Part shown: positions 9,683 to 18,759 of the stretch, in pieces
Layout of the letters: the number at the start of each line of letters is the position of its first letter
Numbering within the stretch: position 1 is the first letter of the stretch
NCBI GenBank assembly: GCA_001179505.1
Contig: CDMY01000779.1
Coordinates: forward strand, 1-20,617
Direction of reading: 5' to 3'
DNA from: Vitrella brassicaformis CCMP3155
Lineage: Eukaryota; Protista; Chromerida
Length of the DNA stretch: 20,617 nt
Translations under genes and position numbers: made by a program
Notes under the pieces: model-generated
Databases searched by the model: none
What the model was told of the DNA's origin: nothing
The model's input: the letters and a program-made list of their open reading frames with translations, nothing else

Positions 9683-11115
9683 ATGAGATCTTTGCTCGTC
9701 CTTTCGGCTCTGACGTCCGCATCAGTCACCATTCACACGGGTAAAGATCTGCTAAGATGGACAACAGCTGCAGGCCATGAGGATTCTCATCTCGTGCACC
9801 CACTGACTTCAGGTCACTTCGCCTGCTATCTGCATCCTTCTCCATCGCCGCTTCAGGAGATCAACGCATTCGGCCAAATGGGCGTCATGGTCAAGCGCGA
9901 CGACCTGCTGCACCTCCATCCCAGCGACATCAACGGCAACAAAGCCAGAAAGTTCCTCGCCCTGCACAGACGGCTTTTTGACAGCGACTCATCGACCTCT
10001 GCCCCTCGGGTGATTGTCAGCCACGGCGGCGTTCAGAGCAACGCGTTGAGGGCACTGAGTGCTCTGGTCCGGACGTACAATGAGAGGGGTGGCTCCTGCC
10101 GGCTGTTGTACTACTGCAAGAAGATACCTTCGTGGCTGCGGGAGCGGCCTGTTGGGACCTTTGCTGCGGCGCTGGAACAGGGCGTGGAGTTTCGGCCTCT
10201 TGCGAATGCCGAATACGCCAAGTAGGCGATGAGAGCCGTCTGGTGGCTAGGTGCTATCAAACGCATCCATGCGTGTGTGTGTGTGTTTGTGTGTGTGTTG
10301 TCTGTCTGCGTGCAGGCATTTTGGTGGAGATGCCGGCTCGCCATCATTGCCCCAGACTCTCATGCCGCAGGAGGAAGATGTTCTGTTCATTCCGCAGGTA
10401 CCTCACGCCCACACACCCGCCACCCCTGTGTGTGTATGTCTGTGTCCAGGGGGGCGCCTGTGGCTCAGCTGAGGAAGGCGTGGCCCTCCTCGCCGAGGAG
10501 CTTCTGACACAGCTGCCTTCATTATTACCACCAGCAGCAGCAGCGACGATCGTGTTGCCTGGTGGCACTGGGTCGACCGCTCTGTTCCTCGCCCGCCACA
10601 TGCAGCGCAGGAAAGATGTGGAGGTGGTGGTGGTGCCTGTGGTGGGCGACTGGGCCTACATGGCCAGGCAGATGAGCCGACTCGATCACCTCACCGGGGG
10701 TACGCATACAGCCATGGACGCCTCTCTCTCTCTCTGCAATGATCGTTGCTTCATTGTAGGTCATGGCGTCTTCCCCTCCATAGCAGTGCCGTCCACCCCG
10801 CCGTCCGTCTTCGGAGAGCCCACCCAGGGCAACTTCCAGCTGTGGCGAGAGCTGGTCTCCTCGACGGGCATCGACTTCGACCTGATGTACAGCGTGCCGA
10901 TGTGGGGGGTGCTGAGGGAGGCCTGGGAGGGGGCGAGGGGAAGTGTCATGTGTTGGGATGGGGGGGCCGGTGAGTGGGCGGGGAGACGGTGGCCGATTGG
11001 CGGTGGGGCCGAGAGGGAGGAGAGGATGTGTGTTGTGTTGCATTGCGGAGGGGCCGAGGGGAATGTGAGCTGGCTTGCGAGAGCGAGATACAAGGGCCTT
11101 GCTGTAGATGTGTAG
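9683..11115 (+). CDS. PLP-dependent enzyme, ACC deaminase / D-cysteine desulfhydrase family (fold type II), 408 aa
   Basis: Exons 9683-10221, 10316-10397, 10450-10699, 10760-11115 total 1227 nt in frame. Motifs: VKRDDLL...INGNKARK (PLP lysine), SHGGVQSNA, FIPQGG, LPGGTGST, FDLMY, LHCGG. Short hydrophobic N-terminal extension MRSLLVLSALTSASV. Confidence 0.9.
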
Positions 11116-12402
11116 TATAGATCAGATCGGTTGTCGATAGGTCTGCCTATTTGTGTGAATGTGTGTGGATGGATTCAGTCCCCCTTTTCGTGTGGTCTGC
11201 AGTTTCCTGTCATGGGTACACGCAACGGACTGACTCATTCCCTTTTCATTGTCTCCTTTGTCCCCGCCCCTCCTGACGCCCCCTCCCTACTGTGGAGGGG
11301 GCAAAGGTATCCTATCCAGCATGCATCCGTAAGTTGCAATCGTCGTCAACCAAAACCCACGCAGCCCGTTGTGACCAGAACACACAGCCAGAAACGCACC
11401 CATTGCCGCTAGCCCTCCTGATAAACCGCAGACACAGAGCAACAACAAACACGACGACACACACAGCGAAGCAGCCTGCCCACCGGCCCTCAGACAGACA
11501 GACAGACAGACACAGGATGACAAAAGAAAAGGCGACAAACCGCATCGTGGACGGCTATATGTAGGGGATGGCTGTATATGCAGTAGGGGGATGGGGGTGC
11601 CCAGCATATAGTAGATATCACGGCACAAATCCAGCACACACACAATATGTACAGTGTCGGCCTGGGGCCTGGTGAGGGTGGATGGATGGATCGATGGATG
11701 CAGAGGAGGCCTCGGGGGGGATGAATGGCCATACGTACGGATGCATCAGCAGTCAGTGGTGCGGGTGGATGGGCGCAGAGGAAGTGGCCGGCCCCCCAGA
11801 CACACACAACGAACACGACAGTCAGCCAGGCAGACAGACAGACAGACAGAGACCAGCGATAACAAACATACGGCCAAACAGCCGAACAATGCGACATGCG
11901 ATGCAGCCACACACAGACACACACCGTGCGATGGGCTTCTCTAGATCAGAACTACACATAAAGACACACACCCATCGAAGACACACAGACACACACCCCA
12001 ATGACACACAGTCAGACACACACAGTCAATAACTCACACACACACAGTGACACACAAAGGTGAAATGGGCTTCTCTAGTCAGAACAGACCCCTTCCCCTG
12101 CACCCACCCACACACCACTGACAGCTGCACTGGATAGTCCATCCATCCATCCATCGACCTCTCCCCTCATGACGGCCACTGTGTGTGTGGGTATATATGG
12201 CTCTAAAAAACAGCAGCAGCACAGGCATAAATCGACAAAGACAACCAGACACAACCAGACCACTCATAAACGGCACAAACAGACGCCCCTACACCACAAA
12301 CAAAACCCACACCCACCACATCCATCACGACACCATCACACAACACATCATAAACGACACACACACAGCACAAACTCGATAAATCGGAAAAGAAAACGCT
12401 AC

Positions 12403-12448
12403 TCCTGATGTCCTGGTATCCTGATATCCTGACTCCTGACTCCTGATA
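12403..12448 (+). repeat. Degenerate 7-8 nt tandem repeat (TCCTGAY-like x6)
   Basis: tcctgatg tcctggta tcctgata tcctgac tcctgac tcctgata, just 3' of the Sushi gene stop. Confidence 0.7.
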
Positions 12449-12489
12449 CCCCTCCCCGCCCCCTGCACCCATGTGTGTGTGTGGGTGCC

Positions 12490-14666
12490 TCAGGCGGCCC
12501 AGTATGCCGCGAAGCGGCACCAGCCCGCCGCCACCAGCTGCTTGTAGGCCGCCATCTTCTTGGCGTGCTCACGCGCCGGCAGCGGCAGCTGGGGCGGGCG
12601 CACCACCACCACCACGGGGGGCATGACGGCTGGCGGGGCGGGGGCGGGCGGCATGGCGGCGACGGGCTGGGGCAGCAGGACGGCGGGGTGGACGGGGTGC
12701 GCAGGCACATAGACGACCTGCCGCACACACCAAGGGCAGCACACGCAGTCAACGGTTTGTGTCGTTTGGTTTGCTTGTGGTCTTCCTCTCTCACCTGCGG
12801 CACCACAGCCACCACCCCGGCCACCACCGCCTCCTAAAGGTAAGGAACCAGCGAAAAATACCCGCTCAGTTCATCAGCCGAAGACAGGGCGTGTGGGTGG
12901 CGTGCACCTGCCCACCTGAATTTGAGCCGCTCCCTCGATGATATCCTGCCACAAAAAGCGGCCCCCTCCCTCTCTCTGCATCAACACACACATACACACA
13001 CACGGTGCATCAGCGTGGGGTTCTCTGCCTGTGTTGCCACTCAGTCACCTGCTGCTGAGGCCGCATGAGCAGGGCCGGCGACGATTTGGTGCGGCGGAGG
13101 GCCACGACACGGCCGCCCCCGACGCGGCGCCGCCGCCTCGGCTTCCTGGCGCATAGCAGCCTGCACCGCACGTACCCGACAGACCCGATGGAATTGCTGT
13201 GGTGTCTGTCTGTCTGTCTGTCTGTCGCCATGCGTGTTCCTCACCATACGAGGACGATCGTGCGGGAAGGGGACGGCATTATGCAGCTGTCCCGGCCCTC
13301 GGCCACGGTGTCTCGCTCTGCCGTCAGGTCGTCCATCAGGTCGACCTCGATGACCGGCTGCGGGGTGGCCGATACGTGAGCACTGCACACACACACACAC
13401 AGAATCCAATCAAACCACCACCTCGTCCCGCAATCCATCATCGCCTTCCTCACTCGTCGATCCCTCTGCTGACGAGCTGGCGGCACCGCAGCGACACCGT
13501 GAGCCCCTGCCGCCGGGCGCACTCCCGCAGCCTTCTGCGAAGGGTCACCTGTCTGTCGTGGGCACCCTCATAGACGGCTGGGCCCACCGGCGTGTCAGGC
13601 TGGTGGTCGTACAGACTGGTGGTCGCCGGCTTGTCGGGGGTCGGCAGGAAGGTGCTGTTGGCCTTGTCGTACAGACTGGTGGTCGCCGGCTTGTCGGGGG
13701 TCGGCAGGAAGGTGCTGTTGACCTTGTCGTACAGACTGGTGGTCGCCGGCTTGTCGGGGGTTGGCAGGAGGGTGCTGTTGGCCTTGTCGTACAGACTGGT
13801 GGTCGCCGGCTTGTCAGGGGTCGGCAGGAAGGTGCTGTTGGCTTTTTTGTACAGACTGGTGGTCGCCGCAGCCAATGGCTCGGGCTGGGGGCACGAGATG
13901 GGGACACACTCCTCCTTCTCGTCATACTCGAATATGCCCTCCTTGGTGCAGACCGCCGTGATGGGGTGGTCACTGCGGTAGCCCTGGACGCACTCATAAG
14001 CCACCTGCATCCCGACCGTGTAGCTGAAGGCGCTGCTGGGAGGCAGCCCGCCTTCATCAGGCACAGGCACCCATTCGCCGGTCACAGTCGAGTTGAGAAG
14101 AGAGGCCTTAGTGTTAAGCAGTACGGGAGGCGCCTCACAGGTCACCGGCACACACTCGGGCGGCTTATCACTCCACTTGTCCTCGCCCATGCAGCGGATC
14201 TCCGCCACGCCTTTCAGCAGGTAGCCCTCCTCGCATCTGTAGGCGAGCACCGATCCTGGCGCGTCCTTGTCGCCCTGCAGAGCCATCCCGTTGTAGTGGG
14301 CATGGGGCGGCAGGGGGGGCTCGAAGCATCCCGGCTGCGGTGATGCCGCGTCATCCCCTTTCCCTTCTGCAGCACACACAACACACACACGTGTGTTATG
14401 GTTGCCGTCCACCTGATCTCTCCTCTTTTGTGAGTGCATGATCATCTCACCCCCCCAGACGGATAACAGGTCGTAATGAGCAGCATGGTAAGTGCTGAAT
14501 GCAGATGCAAACAAGAAGACCATACCAACAACAAGATCAAAGACGCACAGATGCACCCCATCCATGGTTGCGGCTCGTGCGTGCGCGTCTTCGGAATCCT
14601 TTACCCGAACATCACGATGAAAGCGCGGAGCGCCGCAATAAAGACGGCACTCCTTTCCACATCCAT
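12490..14666 (-). CDS. Secreted or surface Sushi (CCP/SCR) domain protein with a Thr/Pro-rich tandem repeat, ~531 aa
   Basis: Exons 14666-14605 (signal-like MDVERSAVFIAALRAFIVMFG), 14494-14451, 14366-13454, 13382-13245, 13160-13049, 12975-12916, 12833-12795, 12717-12490 total 1596 nt with consistent phases. Two complete Sushi modules (CFEPP...AYRCEEGY...IRC...KWSDKPPEC; CEAPP...AYECVQGY...AVC...EEC) and a degenerate third. The Sushi call is strong; the five 3' exons are a less certain reconstruction. Confidence 0.75.
13607..13868 (-). repeat. 60-bp coding tandem repeat, ~4.4 units (ATTSLYDKANSTFLPTPDKP)
   Basis: Units start at 13607, 13667, 13727, 13787 and 13847 with only a few substitutions. 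The repeat is in frame within the Sushi gene. Confidence 0.97.
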
Positions 14667-15211
14667 CTTGGTATCAAGCGGTGGTGATTGATGTGTAACG
14701 ATGCGCCGGGGGCCACACACGCGTTGGTCCACGGCACGAGGGTCTTGGTATGATAACGAGGAGCGGCGCACACTTTCTTTTCAACTAACTTTGGTTATTG
14801 GCGATCCTTCGAAAGCTCGCACCCCTTCCCTCTTCTGTGTAAAGCGCCGCTTCCGCTTTGGTGCGTTTTGTCATTTGGGGGTGCAGAGAAAGCCATCGCT
14901 TGCGGGAAGTCACGGACATCAATTTGAACCAACGTTTCGTCCGGGATGTTTTTTGTTTTTTTCCACCCCTGCTCTGGGGTCCCATGGGTGAGGAGGAGCG
15001 TGGAAAGAAGAAGGAGAGGCCAACTGTCGCCGCACATTTGTCACTTTTACTTCAAACAAGGAGGAGGTAAGAAGAGGGATAATACGAACATAGCATTCGA
15101 GACACGAATATGGTAGATGTAATGCCTAGAGAGACATATGGGAGTGAAAACGCAACGATCGCCCTCCCTCGCTCCCAGCCCAATCACGTGGTTCAAATGT
15201 CCCACACCAAT

Positions 15212-15241
15212 GCCACTGATATAAAATGTAGGCAGCGGTAT
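15212..15241 (-). repeat. Diverged copy of the xSLPxFYIxG coding motif (IPLPTFYISG)
   Basis: ata ccg ctg cct aca ttt tat atc agt ggc matches the copies at 17541-17570, 18760-18789 and 19087-19116. The surrounding sequence gives no clean gene model. Confidence 0.6.
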
Positions 15242-15581
15242 CTGTTCCAGCTTCAGCGACTGTAGGACTCTCACAGCCATGCCACCTGAGACATAGAGGG
15301 GGAAGGAGAGAGTGGTGCGCCTGCGTTGGTTGCAAGTGGGAAGGGGTACCGGGTCGCATGACAGGCAACCAATAATGTTCCCTGCACACAGAAACAGAAA
15401 CGTATGAAAGAGGCGCGGGTGTTGCGCTCGATCAGTTTATGGACCTGTTCACGTCGACGTCTGAGAGAAATGACAGCAATCAGTGCATCCATCAATTGAG
15501 GTGGGTGTGTGTGAAACAGTCACGCACACACACGCACGGCTCTTTCTCCGCACCGGTGTTTGGGTGTGTCTTTGCATCCAT

Positions 15582-17570
15582 TCAAGGACGTCGCACGAGC
15601 GGAACGATGTCCTCCATCCCCTCAGCCTTCACAAATACACGACGCATGATCAATGTGCCAGTCCATGTGCCATCTCCCTCTCCCTCCCTCTCTCTCTGCT
15701 TGTACCTTCCGCAGGGGCGGCCCTCGTCGCATGCAGCCGGCGAGCTGGGAGGAGGGCAGCCCTCGTCGCTCCTCATTGTCGCCATGCGTTCCGTCGGCAC
15801 CCACAAACGGCTCGAAGTCGACACCGCCGTCATCGTCACTGTCCTCGAAGAAATCTCCTCCTTGCTCCTCCCCAATGAGAGTGAACCCCTCGATTTGCCC
15901 CTGATGGCCCTCGTGGGCAACGAGGGCCATCTCGCTGCCCACGCCGGGCTCTCTCTGCTTGTGGCTGGGAAGGTGCATGTGCCGGTGCAGGTGCCAGTGG
16001 TCGTTCAGCTTGACGATCTCTGCCGCGTCGCCAACGACGGGCTTGCACTCGGGCGGGATGAGGGGGGTGTACTCCATGCTGCCGACGTCAGGAGGGCCAT
16101 GCTCGATGCCCCACACAGTGGTCATCTCCTGTGGGCCTTTCAGAGCGTACCTGACCAGACAAATCAGACAAGGAGCTTCATTGGTCACGAGTGGCTGGTG
16201 TCTCCCGCGCCTCACCCTGGCGCAGACCTGCCCCACAATACTTGGCCTGCACACATGCAGCACATCCATCCACTCAGTCACCTCCACACCCACACCCACA
16301 CCCACACACCCACGCACCTTGTTAAGATGCTGGTCGAGCTTGAGGAAATCCCGGTGCTTGCCATCCCAGGTCTCCCTGAGGTACTGCAGCGCAGATGACG
16401 CCAGCTCCCTGGGAAACAGCCACCCATGCTCCCAGCGCATATCAGTTGTCGACCCCTTGGTCATCCCGTGCAGACCCGCCGCACAATACTTGGACTGCAC
16501 ACATGCAGCACATCCATCCACCCAGTCACCCCCACACCCACACCCACACCCACACACCTTGTTGCGGTCGGGCTTGAGGACGTCCCGGTGTTTGCCCAGC
16601 CAGGTCCAGAGGTACTGCAGCTGCTTGGGAAACAGCCATCCATCCTCCCAGCGCATCTCTTCTGTCGACGCTTCGCCCCAGAACAAGCCTCCCTCACGGC
16701 TAAAGGGGTTCAACGAAAAGGCCTTCAGGACCTACTCGGTAAGCCACCCCAGACAGCCAGGCCACCACCACACATCCATTGCGCGTGCTTGTGTCCGTGC
16801 CTGTGCGGTGGTGTGCTGAGAACCTCTTGTTCATCTCAACCATCCACTCAGGTCGGATGAGCGCAGAACTGCGCCGCCAACACACAGACACACACAGACA
16901 GCTCCGACGCCGTCACTTGGCTCTGCGTCGCTGTCTATCTGTGTGTGCTGGCGTGTGTGTGCGTGTGTGGCTGACTGACCTCTGCAGCCGAACGGCCCTC
17001 AAGCCGATGTCCATGATGGATGTGGTCCTGTTGCCGTACTCGTCGAGCAGAGACGTCGTTGCACAGCGGAACCGGGGCAGCTGACCAATCACACACACAC
17101 ACACACGGACGCCATGCACACAGGCATCACATCTTTGCGTGGCTCATTCACTCACCGTGTAGGTCTGAATCATGTCATTGACCGCATACCGATTCACCCT
17201 GACCAATACACACGCACATACCAACACATACACAAGAATGGCCTCGACGGCATGCGGCGTACATGTTGGACATGCTGGCTGTGGTGGGGCTGCCTCTATG
17301 CCTGCGGGGAGGGATGCGCGGAGGGCCCGCTTCATCTGCAGGATACCCACAGTGACGCCGGTTGTCGTCGCCAAGACCCCTCCGAATAAGCCTTCGCTTC
17401 GTCGACCTTTCTCTCACCCTTGTAGGGGTGGTTGGTAACGTGGCACATAATGGTGGCCCAACGATTAAGTTTTGTGTCTGACCGCAGTCTGCAGGGGAGG
17501 CGCGCGTCTCGACGACGACGACGGAAATGTTATTGACGAGTCCGCAGATATAAAATAAAGGCAGCGATGC
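15582..17570 (-). CDS. Multi-exon hypothetical protein with an internally duplicated exon
   Basis: A chain of GT-AG-bounded exons with protein-like codon usage: ASLPLFYICG...PTR (17570-17418), MKRALRAS... (from 17335), VNRYAVNDMIQTYT, LPRFRCATTSLLDEYGNR..., VLKAFSLNPFSREG...RWEDGWLFP..., RWEHGWLFP..., a long acidic exon, and AEGMEDIVPLVRRP* (stop 15582). Two junctions need weak splice sites and the true start is unclear. No domain was recognised. Confidence 0.55.
16221..16660 (-). repeat. Tandem duplication (~216 bp period) of an exon plus its downstream intron
   Basis: ATGCGCTGGGAG at 16645-16656 and 16429-16440. The peptides are MRWEDGWLFP..LQYL..KHRDVLK..NK and MRWEHGWLFP..LQYL..KHRDFLK..NK. 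Introns 16557-16495 and 16317-16247 are near copies, each followed by [SA]KYC[AG]AGL. Confidence 0.9.
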
Positions 17571-17733
17571 CTGACACGCACAGAGACACAGAGACACATG
17601 GAGACATGTGCGTGTATCGGCCGTGGGAGGAGAATACTATGGTCTGGTCATACAGTAAGAGAGCCATCATCACCACGCCCTCCACAAGTGTGAGGGCGAC
17701 TGATTGGTGCTGAGGCCGTCCGTATTAACCAAA

Positions 17734-18199
17734 CTAGCCATCGCCGTTGCTGACTCGTTCCAAGCACTCACAGCCTGGAAAGAGATGTGGTCATTGATGC
17801 AAATACACTCGAACTTGTCGGGCTTTCTTTGCTCACTTACTCCGTCGATCCTCCGCCTTGCAATAAATCCCTGCCACGCCTCTACAGCAGCGGGCGTCCC
17901 CTTCCCCGTCTGCAGCACACACAACACATACACACGCACTATGGTTGCTTTCCATGGGATCTCTCCTCTTTTGTGAATGAATGATCATCTCACCCTCCCC
18001 AGCAATCTGGCATATACTGCGGACGGTTCATGCTGAATGCATACGCAAACAAGGACATCATCACGACATGCCATCAACGTGCAGAATCTGCAGGTGCATC
18101 TCATCCATCCCCCCCATTCGCTGTGCGTTCTTACCTAAACCAGACGGCCGCAAGGGCCACTGCCCCGACGATAACGAGTGTTTGCGCGAGTTCAATCAT
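17734..18199 (-). pseudogene. Signal-peptide-bearing Cys-rich small gene (+1 frameshift in the mini-exon); pseudogene, or an intact peptide gene with a sequence error
   Basis: Exons 18199-18135 (MIELAQTLVIVGAVALAAVWF), 18032-17994 (39 nt; sister copies are 38 nt), 17909-17841 (DGEGDARCCRGVAGIYCKAEDRR) and 17774-17734 (SCECLERVSNGDG*). Total 214 nt = 3n+1. Confidence 0.5.
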
Positions 18200-18225
18200 C
18201 CTTTCTGTGTCCATGATGATCTCAC

Positions 18226-18263
18226 TCCCCCAGCAATCCGACATATGTTGCGGACGTTTCATC
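18226..18263 (-). repeat. Extra copy of the 38-nt leader mini-exon (MKRPQHMSDCWG) with splice sites
   Basis: ttcag|gatgaaacgtccgcaacatatgtcggattgctggggga|gtgagatcatc aligns with 18032-17994. Confidence 0.75.
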
Positions 18264-18759
18264 CTGAAGACATATATCCGGACACTTCTTCAAGTCTTTC
18301 GGCGTATGCTGCTGCGTGGAGCGGTGGCGGTGTGTCACTGCCGTAAGTCCTCAGAGCGACGTCCTCATGAAAGAGATCCATCAAGGTATAGGACATCCAA
18401 GTGTGACGGTACCAAGGTGGATAGGCGACTGCGGTCTCCGGTAGCTGAGTGATCTTCGCGGGAGTAGTCGAAAACTCGCTTTGGCTGCCGTATCATGAGC
18501 GGTTCTTGATTAGCATCATCTCTGGTGAAGGACGAATCCATAATGGTTTTGGAGTGCAACTTTGTCCACTTACCTTTCTCGCTGGCGCTCGCGCGCTGAG
18601 GGACGAGCCTCCAAGACTTCGGCTCAGGTGAGAATGTGCCAGGAAGCCTGCAAAAGACACAACGCAAGAAGACATCCAGGCAGACAGACAGACAGACAGA
18701 AAGACATACAGACAGATCGACGAGTGACGACGCAGTGGCGAGTCGGCGTTGTTGAAGTC

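Noticed and set aside
11116-12489. Short ORFs rich in CVCV, SVCL, THTH and TDRQ
   Set aside because: Translations of (GT)n, (CA)n and (GACA)n microsatellites in UTR or intergenic sequence; no coherent exon chain was found.
13607-13868. 60-bp periodic repeat as a CRISPR array
   Set aside because: There are no unique spacers; whole units are near-identical and in frame inside a eukaryotic CDS, and no cas genes are present.
13558-14343. 261-aa plus-strand ORF (also 13592-13981 and 13545-14057)
   Set aside because: Antisense or alternative-frame shadows of the GC-rich Sushi exon and its repeat.
14495-14565. MDGVHLCVFDLVVGMVFLFASAFS as the Sushi protein's signal peptide (and SLFAYAF in other copies)
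   Set aside because: This is the pyrimidine-rich 3' end of intron A ending GCATTCAG. The real signal exon is 14666-14605, supported by matching phase and homologous exons at 18199 and 19430.
14700-15500. An additional gene between the Sushi gene and the hypothetical gene
   Set aside because: There are splice-like sites and one xSLPxFYIxG copy, but I could not build a consistent open frame; it is treated as a degenerate remnant.
15439-16819. Long plus-strand ORFs of 319 aa and 286 aa
   Set aside because: Splice signals, codon bias and the duplicated exon are all on the minus strand; these ORFs run through intron microsatellites (THTHT, PTPTP).
17734-17909. Bowman-Birk inhibitor identity for the 6-Cys peptide (CC...C-x7-C-x-C spacing)
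   Set aside because: Only the spacing is similar; the reactive-loop residues (T-x-S-x-P-P) are absent and the CC-to-loop distance differs.
17670-17939. TGKGTPAAVEAWQGF reading of the cassette's downstream exon
   Set aside because: Comparison with the 19698 copy shows many non-synonymous changes in this frame but mostly synonymous ones in the ARCC..CKAE frame, which also matches the Sushi gene's phase.
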